From: an uncultured Gammaproteobacteria bacterium
GTDB lineage: Bacteria > Patescibacteriota > Patescibacteriia > UBA10025 > JAHIVO01
Assembly: GCA_964592105.1 (NCBI GenBank)
Contig: CAZQBL010000007.1
Coordinates: forward strand, 58,013 to 122,012
DNA: 64,000 nucleotides
Reading direction: 5' to 3'
Below the pieces are notes generated by a model, which was given only the letters and a program-made list of their open reading frames with translations, made no database searches and was not told where the DNA came from. The first letter of the stretch is position 1, and every line of letters begins with the position of its first letter. A program made the translations under genes and the position numbers. Below, piece after piece: positions 43,753 to 51,907 of the stretch.

Positions 43753-44202
43753 ATGCCGCTCCTCGCCACTAACAAAAAAGCTCTGCATAACTACCATGTT
43801 CAAGATAAATTTGAAGCTGGAATTGTTTTGACCGGCGCAGAAGTAAAATCAGTGAAAGCCGGACAGATTAACCTCATGGGCAGCTATATTAGCGCCCGGG
43901 ACAATACCCTATGGCTTGTTAATTGCCACATCAGTCCGTACAAAATGGCTTCTACCCAACACGGCTATAATCCCACCCATGACCGTAAACTACTGCTAAA
44001 ACGAAAAGAAATCTCCTCTCTCATAGGTACTTTAACTGCTAAGGGCTTGACTGTTTTGCCGATATCTGTTTATACTAAAGGAAGCCTCATTAAGCTTGAG
44101 ATAGGTGTTTGTCGTGGCAAGAAGCAACACGACAAACGCGAGACCATAAAAAAGCGTGATGCCAAAAGGTCAATGCAAAGGTTAATGAGAAATAAACCAT
44201 AA
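43753..44202 (+). CDS. smpB: SsrA-binding protein
   Basis: NKKA..NY, EAGIVLTGAEVKS, RKLLL, GKKQHDKRE. Confidence 0.98.
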   Translation: MPLLATNKKALHNYHVQDKFEAGIVLTGAEVKSVKAGQINLMGSYISARDNTLWLVNCHISPYKMASTQHGYNPTHDRKLLLKRKEISSLIGTLTAKGLTVLPISVYTKGSLIKLEIGVCRGKKQHDKRETIKKRDAKRSMQRLMRNKP

Positions 44203-44320
44203 TCTTCCCAGCCGAACCTGCGGATCTCGGGAACTCGACGCGAAGTATCAGTTGCAATGCAAAGGACAAAGAGAAAAGAAGCGATGAGGGGAAGCCGTAG
44301 GTGTCTCCTCATAAACATAC

Positions 44321-44721
44321 GGGAGCGTTTTAAATCGATAGTCGTACCTTTATAAGAATGGCAAACCGCCCTATTCTATCTTACGGCGTTAAACTGATAA
44401 TAGAAATTATACAAATGCCAAATCATTTGTAAGCAAAGTCGCCAGTGCAGTGCGTAATGCATTCACACCGGCCTTTGCGCCAGCAATCGCTTAATACCGA
44501 TTGCCATCTTACCCGCTGACATCCGATAGGCGGACTAAGGTGCCATTTTTCGGGTTTGCTTAAGATCGTTAGTCTTTGGACCATGAGCAATATCATAAAG
44601 ACTAGGATAATAAAATTTTGTCTGTCCATATCTATTATCCGAAACAACCAGACAGAATAAGTTTGTAGATATTCTTATAAGGTAAAACTAGACAGGGGTG
44701 CAATTCCCCTCGCTTCCACCA
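44321..44721 (+). ncRNA. ssrA: tmRNA
   Basis: GGGAGCG/CGCTTCC-A-CCA acceptor stem with G3:U; T-arm aggggtgcaattcccct; tag frame 44417-44494 AKSFVSKVASAVRNAFTPAFAPAIA*; follows smpB. Confidence 0.95.
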
Positions 44722-44965
44722 TCATATATATTTTATGTCCTCCAAAGTAAATCAGATCCGAAACACATTTACAAAGGTCATACGGAGAATTTGAACCAAA
44801 GAATAAAAGAATAATTGATCATACTTTTGGCAAATCAAAACATACGGCAAAATATCGACCCTGAGATATTGTATTCTATTGTGTCTTGCCCGGCAAAAAA
44901 AGAGCTCAGGACTTCGAGCAATATTAAAAACTGCTTCAGACATTGTCTTAATAAAAAAGGTTGAT
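44722..44965 (+). pseudogene. GIY-YIG nuclease pseudogene (YVLQS...KYRPW type)
   Basis: YVLQSKSDPKHIYKGHTENLNQRIKE*...GKSKHTAKYRP*DIVFY...AQDFEQY, with stops and frameshifts. Confidence 0.8.
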
Positions 44966-44990
44966 TATTACAATACAAAAAAATAATTCA

Positions 44991-45264
44991 TGATCAACCA
45001 TGCCTCTGACACCTCTATCGTCCACTACACTGATAATACCCTTTATACCGGCTAACGAACAATCTGGATGGCCGCATCCAATGGTATAACAAAAAACAAG
45101 TAGCAAAAAACACACTGCCGGCAGATTCCCGGCAAAACTTGTATATTTTGAAAAATTTGCTACACTACTAAATGTAGCTCGTAAACGTGAAGCCGAAATT
45201 CAGAGTTGGCGTAAAAAGAATAAAGAAAATCTCATTAAATTCGGGCGCACCATAAACCAACTAA
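44991..45264 (+). pseudogene. GIY-YIG nuclease pseudogene (UPF0213-like)
   Basis: DNTLYTG*..NNLDGRIQWYN...AGRFPAKLVYFEKF...ARKREAEIQSWRKKNKENLI, across frameshifts. Confidence 0.8.
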
Positions 45265-45283
45265 TCATTAATTCTCAAAAAAA

Positions 45284-45790
45284 ATTAGCAAAAATCTACG
45301 TATCAATGGTCTAATCAGAGCTCCTCGGATTGTCGTCATTGACGAGAAAGGCCAGCAGCTCGGGCAAATGGACACCTATCGCGCCATCCAATTGGCCAGG
45401 GAACGAGATTTGGACCTTGTTGAAGTCTCCCCTCTCACCCAACCCCCTGTTTGCAAAATCATGGATTATGGAGCCTACCAATACCAGCAGGAGAAAAAAG
45501 AACGCAAACAGAAAGCTAAGCAAAAAAAGATTGAAATCAAGGGTATCCGATTAGGGCTTAACATCGGGGCGCACGACTTGGAAATCAGAAAAAATCAGGC
45601 CTTGAAATTTCTCGAAAAGGGAAATAAAGTCAAAGTTGAATTGATTCTAAGGGGACGCGAGAAAGCTTTCGTAGAGCGTGCCACAATGATAATTGAAGAA
45701 TTTGTAAAAACTTTGGGGGATAATGCTGTGGTCGAACAGCCACTAACCCGCCAGGGAGGGCGACTGTCTTTGTTGGCTGCCAAAAAATAA
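45284..45790 (+). CDS. infC: Translation initiation factor IF-3 with an ATT start
   Basis: The frame extends 28 codons upstream of the ORF-track ATG to ATT AGC AAA (ISKNLRINGLIRAP); LDLVEVSP..PPVCKIMDYG. Confidence 0.95.
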   Translation: MSKNLRINGLIRAPRIVVIDEKGQQLGQMDTYRAIQLARERDLDLVEVSPLTQPPVCKIMDYGAYQYQQEKKERKQKAKQKKIEIKGIRLGLNIGAHDLEIRKNQALKFLEKGNKVKVELILRGREKAFVERATMIIEEFVKTLGDNAVVEQPLTRQGGRLSLLAAKK

Positions 45791-45807
45791 TTAATAAGAA
45801 ATTTGAC

Positions 45808-45894
45808 CACTAATTCAATTTCACTAAGCGACACTAATTACCCGATAACCATTATCTAAGTATATTAGTGAAAATTAGTGATAATGAATTAGTG
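45808..45894. repeat. Hairpin of CACTAA/TTAGTG repeats between infC and rpmI
   Basis: cactaattcaatttcactaagcgacactaat ... attagtgaaaattagtgataatgaattagtg. Confidence 0.7.
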
Positions 45895-45915
45895 TATATA
45901 ATAAGTACGGTAATT

Positions 45916-46113
45916 ATGCCAAAACTCAAAACACACAAAGCCACAATTAAGCGTTTCTATTATACAGGTAAAGGCAAACTTATGCGGAAACAAGCCGGCC
46001 AAGATCATTTTAACGCCCGAGAAAGGGGCTCGATCACCAAGAAAAAACGTAAAAATATCGAGGCAAACCTTACTTCAGTCAGAACAATTAAAAAGTTAAC
46101 ACCTTACCACTAA
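45916..46113 (+). CDS. rpmI: 50S ribosomal protein L35
   Basis: MPKLKTHK...KRF..TG.GK; operon position. Confidence 0.96.
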   Translation: MPKLKTHKATIKRFYYTGKGKLMRKQAGQDHFNARERGSITKKKRKNIEANLTSVRTIKKLTPYH

Positions 46114-46114
46114 T

Positions 46115-46456
46115 ATGCGCATCAAAAGGGGTACAGCCCACGTAAAAAGACGAAAAAATCTACTCAAGCAGACCAAGGGTTTCCGTTGGGGCAGAAAAAG
46201 CAAGATTAAGTTAGCCAAGACCGCCGCCCTAAAAGCCGGGGTTCATGCTTACCGAGGCCGGAAGGAAAAAAAGCGCGAATTCCGCCGTCTCTGGAATATA
46301 AAAATAAATGCCGCTGCACGCGAACATGGATTATCCTATAGTAAATTTATTTATGCCTTAAGAAAGGTAAAAATTGGCCTAGATCGCAAATCACTGGCCA
46401 ATCTGGCTGAAAACGACCCTAAAGCATTTGCAGAGATTGTAAAAAAAATTAAATAA
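46115..46456 (+). CDS. rplT: 50S ribosomal protein L20
   Basis: MRIKRG, KREFRRLW..INAA, YSKFI, LDRK.LA. Confidence 0.98.
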   Translation: MRIKRGTAHVKRRKNLLKQTKGFRWGRKSKIKLAKTAALKAGVHAYRGRKEKKREFRRLWNIKINAAAREHGLSYSKFIYALRKVKIGLDRKSLANLAENDPKAFAEIVKKIK

Positions 46457-46479
46457 TTCTCGGTAAGAATATAATTAAC

Positions 46480-46516
46480 ATCCCCACACCAATTCACTGG
46501 TGTGGGGGATTTTTTA
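46480..46516 (+). terminator. Terminator/palindrome after rplT
   Basis: ccccacacca-attcac-tggtgtgggg followed by a T tract. Confidence 0.75.
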
Positions 46517-47706
46517 CCTGCTTAGTGGTTTGAATATCTTCCGGTATTCAATCAGTAGATACGAACCTATAAGCAGCGTGCCAACTCCTAGCATAATCAA
46601 GGCCACTGGCAAATTTACAACTTTTAAAACAAGGCCGAAAATTCCCAAAAACACGAACTGGGCCAGAGCATCAACCGCCCACTGCACGGAACTGACCGTG
46701 GCGCGGCGTTCTGATTCCAAATGATCATTCAGATACTGTCCCATAAATGGACGCAAATATCCTCTCGTTACATTCTGGAATAAAACCAGCCAGACCATGG
46801 GCAGAATCGTCAGGGCGCCCATTAAAATGATGGGCAAAGCGGTGATCAGGACCATTACAGTAAAACAGGTCATTGGTCCAAAGCGCTTAGCTATCTCATG
46901 GGCAAAATAACTGAAAAAAGCAGCTACAACGTTCAGGGCGAAGAATATCCAACCATAATACTCAAGCGGCAATGACACCAGTTCGAAATAAGGATTGTAG
47001 GTAAAAACCATACTTTTCCAATCACGCCCAATAAGGCAGTGTAGAGGATTATCCATTTAACCCGTTTGTTTTTGGCCACAAATAATACGGACAACTTCAT
47101 TATATCCTGGATTTTTTTCTTGGCGATGTCCTTGTCGGTACGCGGTGGTTCAACCATGAAACAAATAATTATGCAGGTGGCCAATAAACTTGGGATCCCC
47201 AATAATACAGGTAAGCGGATATTGGTCGCGGCTAAATATCCCGCCACCGGCGAGGCCAAAGAGAACAGCAAAAAACGATAAGCATTAGACCTGCCGTCAA
47301 CCAATTTATAATGATCACTCCTTTGCTGGGTAGCCAAAGTATCGTAAAGCAGTGCGGAGTCGGCTCCAGTAATCAGAGAAAAGCCAAAGGTCCACAGAAT
47401 GTTGGCGATCCAAATTTCCTGGGAACTACGAGCCAAGCCGAACATTAAACAATCCCCCAACAGCAGAATACTTCCCGCCAGCATAGTTTTCTTCCTGCCG
47501 ATTAAATCCGCAATTGCCCCCGTGGGAATCTGCAGAACAAACAGTAAAATTACACAGACCGATTCCATCTGATAGATTTGTGCCAGGGACATGGCAGAAA
47601 CTTTTTGAATGTAAATGATCAATACCGGCCCCCAAAACAGCGGCTCCCTCAATGCTTGATAGAACTTATACAGCAAGACATTACTCTGTACTTGTCGCAA
47701 ATTCAT
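46514..47706 (-). pseudogene. MFS transporter split by a 1-nt deletion in a homopolymer
   Basis: IPTGAIADLIGRK, GADSALLYD and RATVSS motifs; TGG TTT TT ACC (A5 at 47003-47007) needs one more T to read KVWFFTYNPY. Confidence 0.85.
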
Positions 47707-47748
47707 AGACTCTCCTTTTTATTTTCTTTTTTGACGTAATCAAAGAAT

Positions 47749-47944
47749 AAAAAATATCTCGGCCTTTATTTAGCCGAGATATTCTATGAGATATTCTAGA
47801 AGAGCTTCTTATATTTTATGTTTCATAAATATCATCCAAACTAAATAAAGGCGACGAAGCATCGTTAGCACAATCGACACTAACAATACCCATCTGCAGA
47901 TGATTTAAAAACCAATTATTTAATTGTGGATACTTATTTTTCAT
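47749..47944 (-). promoter_or_regulatory. Leader-peptide transcription attenuator for the MFS gene
   Basis: 42-aa uORF 47816-47944; 11-bp terminator 47753-47783 plus U tract; 12-nt antiterminator at 47841-47852 complementary to 47762-47773. Confidence 0.75.
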
Positions 47945-48109
47945 ATAATTCTTATAGGCAGTAGTATATAACATATACTATCTACTGTTAAATCTTCTGG
48001 CTGACCAAACTCCTCGGCTGCGAGGCGGACTCTTCTATGATCTCCCCCTTATGCCCAACAATTTGTTAGCAAGTGTGAGACGAGCAAAAAGGCTTCTTCT
48101 TAATCTAAG

Positions 48110-48184
48110 CGGGCCCAAGGGGATTTGAACCCCTGATCTCCTCCGTGACAGGGAGGCGTGTTAACCGGGCTACACCATGAGCCC
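48110..48184 (-). tRNA. tRNA-Asp(GUC), CCA not encoded
   Basis: GGGCTCA/TGGGCCC acceptor stem, CCTCC-CTGTCAC-GGAGG anticodon arm, GGTTCAAATCC T-loop. Confidence 0.97.
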
Positions 48185-48399
48185 GCTTAGATAAGAATTT
48201 TATTTTGTAAAAGTAAGGCATGTCTACTCTGTCAAATGAGGAGGTGCTTTTAAGGCGTTATTTACTCAAAATAAACCATGTAAAAATATAATAACAAAAA
48301 TTGTTGGCCGTGTCCAGCCTTTTACTGCGTGTATAGTTAACAGGTATCAGCCATCATCCTGCCAAGGGTCAACGGTATGTGTTAACTGTACAGACCCTA

Positions 48400-48427
48400 T
48401 TGACAATTATTAAAAATATGCTATTAT
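48400..48427 (+). promoter_or_regulatory. Sigma70 promoter
   Basis: TTGACA-16-TATTAT with an extended TG. Confidence 0.65.
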
Positions 48428-48505
48428 TTCTAGTTATTTAACAATTCAATAAAAAAAATAAAAAAACCAGAGCGCTTGGCTCTTTAAAAATGAAGGAGGG
48501 ACACC

Positions 48506-49567
48506 ATGTCCTCAGTAATTGATGAAACTGAAAAATTGCCCACAATTTACAAAATAGCCACACATCCAAACCCTCATTTCGACGAAATCGTAGCTATTTT
48601 CTTAATAAGAAAATACGGACATAAAAAATACCGCGGCATCGACTCGGCTAAAATCATTTTCATGAACAGTGACAGTGGTAACGCCGTGACAAAAAACACA
48701 GTAAAAGATTATGAGAAGGAGGGCACCCTGGCCATCGGCATAGGCAATGGCCGTTTCGATGAACATAAACAAGGAAGCGGCGTCAAGGAATCAGAATGTG
48801 CTGCCACGCTGGTGGCTAACTACCTCGGAATCAGCAAGAATCCGGAACTGACACAGCTCCTCAAATACGCACTTAATAACGACCGGAAGGGAGCTTCTTC
48901 ACCGTTTGATCTAGCTTCCATAATCAAATCTCTCTACCAAAATTATCCCGATGATCCGATGTTCGTCATAAACTGGGCCATGACGGCTCTTGAGTCAAAA
49001 CTGATGGAACAAAAAAAATTTTTCGACCAATCGGCTGACCACTACGCCAAGGCCAAAAAATTAAATTTCAGTTTTTTAAACCGCAATTATCTTTTGGTGG
49101 TGGCAGATTCAGACGAACCACAGTTCAACAAATACGCTAGATGGCGAGGCGCGGCGATAGTTATTCAGCGTAATTCAAAAGGAAATGTGCAAATTTTCAC
49201 CAACAAGAAGCTTGCCAATTTCCGGATGAAAGACGTAATTCGAATTTTGCGCATCAAGGAGCAAAAAAAATCTTCAACTCCTAACCCCATCACCGACTGG
49301 AAAGTACTGGCAACCGAAGGTTCATGTGCCAACTGGTACTACCAGCAAGAAACCGAGACTATTCTTAACGGTTCGCTGACAAATCCCAATATTGAACCTA
49401 CCAAATTAGACCTTAAAACGATAATCAGTGCCGTCATTACCGGCGTGAACCCCGCATCCTTTCCTAAGAACTGCCCCGTCAACAAGTGCATAAGCAAACA
49501 ATGTTCTTGGTACCACTTGGGACTATCCAGATGTTCAGCCAAACGCTTTAAACAAAAAAATAAATAA
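48506..49567 (+). CDS. MYG1/DHH-like metal-dependent hydrolase or nuclease with a Cys-rich C-terminus
   Basis: IATHPNPHFDE, GIGNGRFDEH and CAATLV resemble the MYG1 TH..FH.DE, FDHH and SAGLV motifs; strong SD. Confidence 0.6.
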   Translation: MSSVIDETEKLPTIYKIATHPNPHFDEIVAIFLIRKYGHKKYRGIDSAKIIFMNSDSGNAVTKNTVKDYEKEGTLAIGIGNGRFDEHKQGSGVKESECAATLVANYLGISKNPELTQLLKYALNNDRKGASSPFDLASIIKSLYQNYPDDPMFVINWAMTALESKLMEQKKFFDQSADHYAKAKKLNFSFLNRNYLLVVADSDEPQFNKYARWRGAAIVIQRNSKGNVQIFTNKKLANFRMKDVIRILRIKEQKKSSTPNPITDWKVLATEGSCANWYYQQETETILNGSLTNPNIEPTKLDLKTIISAVITGVNPASFPKNCPVNKCISKQCSWYHLGLSRCSAKRFKQKNK

Positions 49568-49588
49568 TCGCTCTTTTGACCACAAAAA

Positions 49589-49623
49589 TAAGGCCTAACT
49601 CAGATAAGTTGGGCCTTTTTTTA
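49589..49623. terminator. Bidirectional terminator
   Basis: aaggcctaact-cagata-agttgggcctt plus a T tract. Confidence 0.8.
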
Positions 49624-49638
49624 TTTGCTCAATCAACT

Positions 49639-51855
49639 CTACTGCACTACGCCATTTACCAGCCTCACTGTATTACTGCAAGCCACCTGATCAACCTGAT
49701 CCACGACGCAAATCGAATAATAATGAGTTCCCTTACTTAAATCAACTTCAACTGCGCGCGTACCAGTTCTATTACCTTCATCAGTATAGGTCGCGGTTGT
49801 TTTTTCCGAAATCGGAGTCAAATAACCATCAGCCGGGTAAACGGGTGTGGACTTGGTTTGCGACCAGACGATTTTATAATACTTGAAATCTTTTTCGGTT
49901 GAAACAGTCCAATTCAGCGTCATTTTTTCGCCGGCAAAACTTCCGGCCAAGGATACCGACGCCGGAGCTGTATTATCGTTAGTGGCCGTCACCCGCTCCA
50001 CGTTGCCGCAATAAATCTGATCACCAACCGCGCAAATACGGTAATAATAAGTTTTACCCTTGACCGAGGCGTAATCCCGGTAGCTCTCCCCGCCTTTTTC
50101 ACGCACAGTAATATAGCCATCATCCGGATATTTCAGATTTGGATTTATTTCAGAGCGAACGACTTTATAATATTTGAAACCGGGAATGTTTGAACGATCG
50201 CCCCACCACAAACCCACGCCGTCTTCACCCGCCTGGGCGGATAAATTCGGCCCTGAATATTGGGGCGTCACGCTTTTGGCTGTGACCGAAACATTATTGC
50301 TGTAAACCAAGCACTTACCGTTGCCGTCATACTGGCACACTCGGAAATGGTACTTCTTTCCATCGGTTACAGCCCAGGTGTAACTTCTCACCGAGTTATC
50401 GGTCAAATACTTGAAATCATTGCCCGGATAAACCGGATTGGAGTTTTCGCCCTTGACTACTTTAAAGCCGTTGGAAATAATCAGATTCGTGATCTTCCAG
50501 CTCAAATGAATGCCGTCGTCTTTAGCTTCTCCAACTAATCTTATTCCGGTCTCTACCTCATCTTCGACTTTCGTCTCTTTTTTAATGACATTAGGATTGG
50601 TAACCGAATGTTTTTTTCCTTTCATGTAAACGATATTGGAACAGAAAACTTTATCTCCGGACATGACTTCGCACACCCGATAATAATAAGTCTTATCCAC
50701 GCTGACATCGGTGTCAATAAAACTGTTTTGGCCTTTATCCTGTTGGAAAATATAACCATCTTCCGGATATTTCAAATTGGCATTACTCTCCGAGCGAACC
50801 ACCTTATAATGCAGGAGGGCGGCGCTAGTAGATTCGTTCCAGGATAAATGCACACCGTCGTCTTCAGTAGCCGCTTCAAGTTTCAAGGGCGTAGCTGAAG
50901 CCTGGATATCATAAAAAATTTTTATTTCTTTGATAGTTCTTTGTCCGTCAGCATTTTCCGCTGTAATGATAATGATATTTTTATTGGCACTCAAATTGAT
51001 CTCTGAATTGAATTGACCGTTATTATTGGTGACTTCCTGATCATTAATCTTCAACTTGGCGGCCACATCACTGACCGTACCGATAACAGTGACCCAAGCA
51101 TTGGTAACATGACTGCCGTCTTTGGGACTAGTAATTGTCAAGGTTGGACCGGCGTATTCTTCAAGGATTCCAAGTTTATCCGTTGATTTTGAATCTTCTT
51201 CCTTGTTCCAGGTGTACCAGTCATTAGTTAGATCCTTTCGATTAATATCACCAACATTTATATCGTCCTTACCATTCTCAATGGTGGCGGTTTTGCCTTC
51301 TGCTACCTCCCTCTCTTCTTTTTCGGTCACGACTTTAACGTTGCTTTCCACGACATTAACATCCACCGCGCCCTCGGATTGAATCGTGTCAAAGGCCGTA
51401 CCCAAAGCCTGGATAGTTACTTCTCCGCTTTTTACCTCATAGAGACGGGACAAATTCTTGGCCACACGGCTATAGCTAGCTCCAGATAGCTGAGTAATAG
51501 TCACATTTTGTTTATTCAAACTGGTCAAAAATATTTCAGTATTATAGCCGGCTCTTATTTTGTCACCATTTTCTATCTCAATAATGGCTTTACTGTCATA
51601 GCCGGTTTTTAAACTGTCGCCAGTATGTAAAACCGTATCGGTCTCAGCTGCCTGCCAATCAGAACCTGCGAGCCGAACCTGAACATCGCCTTTCTGGTAA
51701 GCCAAAGTCGCAGCTAAGTCCTGATTCTGGGAAGTTACTTGGACCAAAGTTGGTTGAATAATGTCCTTATTCTGTATGTACCAGAGCACAGCCCCTCCCA
51801 AGATTAAGACAGCCAAAGAGACGGCAATTATGATTGGAGCAATTTTTTGCTGCAT
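49639..51855 (-). CDS. Membrane-anchored FecR-domain protein with an Ig domain and four FN3-like repeats
   Basis: N-terminal TM; GDSLKTG..S and ALGTAF FecR motifs; repeated W...YKVV.S...YP.DGY...YYRVC...CSN. Confidence 0.8.
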   Translation of the reverse strand: MQQKIAPIIIAVSLAVLILGGAVLWYIQNKDIIQPTLVQVTSQNQDLAATLAYQKGDVQVRLAGSDWQAAETDTVLHTGDSLKTGYDSKAIIEIENGDKIRAGYNTEIFLTSLNKQNVTITQLSGASYSRVAKNLSRLYEVKSGEVTIQALGTAFDTIQSEGAVDVNVVESNVKVVTEKEEREVAEGKTATIENGKDDINVGDINRKDLTNDWYTWNKEEDSKSTDKLGILEEYAGPTLTITSPKDGSHVTNAWVTVIGTVSDVAAKLKINDQEVTNNNGQFNSEINLSANKNIIIITAENADGQRTIKEIKIFYDIQASATPLKLEAATEDDGVHLSWNESTSAALLHYKVVRSESNANLKYPEDGYIFQQDKGQNSFIDTDVSVDKTYYYRVCEVMSGDKVFCSNIVYMKGKKHSVTNPNVIKKETKVEDEVETGIRLVGEAKDDGIHLSWKITNLIISNGFKVVKGENSNPVYPGNDFKYLTDNSVRSYTWAVTDGKKYHFRVCQYDGNGKCLVYSNNVSVTAKSVTPQYSGPNLSAQAGEDGVGLWWGDRSNIPGFKYYKVVRSEINPNLKYPDDGYITVREKGGESYRDYASVKGKTYYYRICAVGDQIYCGNVERVTATNDNTAPASVSLAGSFAGEKMTLNWTVSTEKDFKYYKIVWSQTKSTPVYPADGYLTPISEKTTATYTDEGNRTGTRAVEVDLSKGTHYYSICVVDQVDQVACSNTVRLVNGVVQ

Positions 51856-51907
51856 GAATTTTAATTAATACTTAATTACTTAATTTCAACTTACTTTCTT
51901 ATCTTAA

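Noticed and set aside
44423-44647. ORF inside the tmRNA
   Set aside because: It is antisense to a clear tmRNA.
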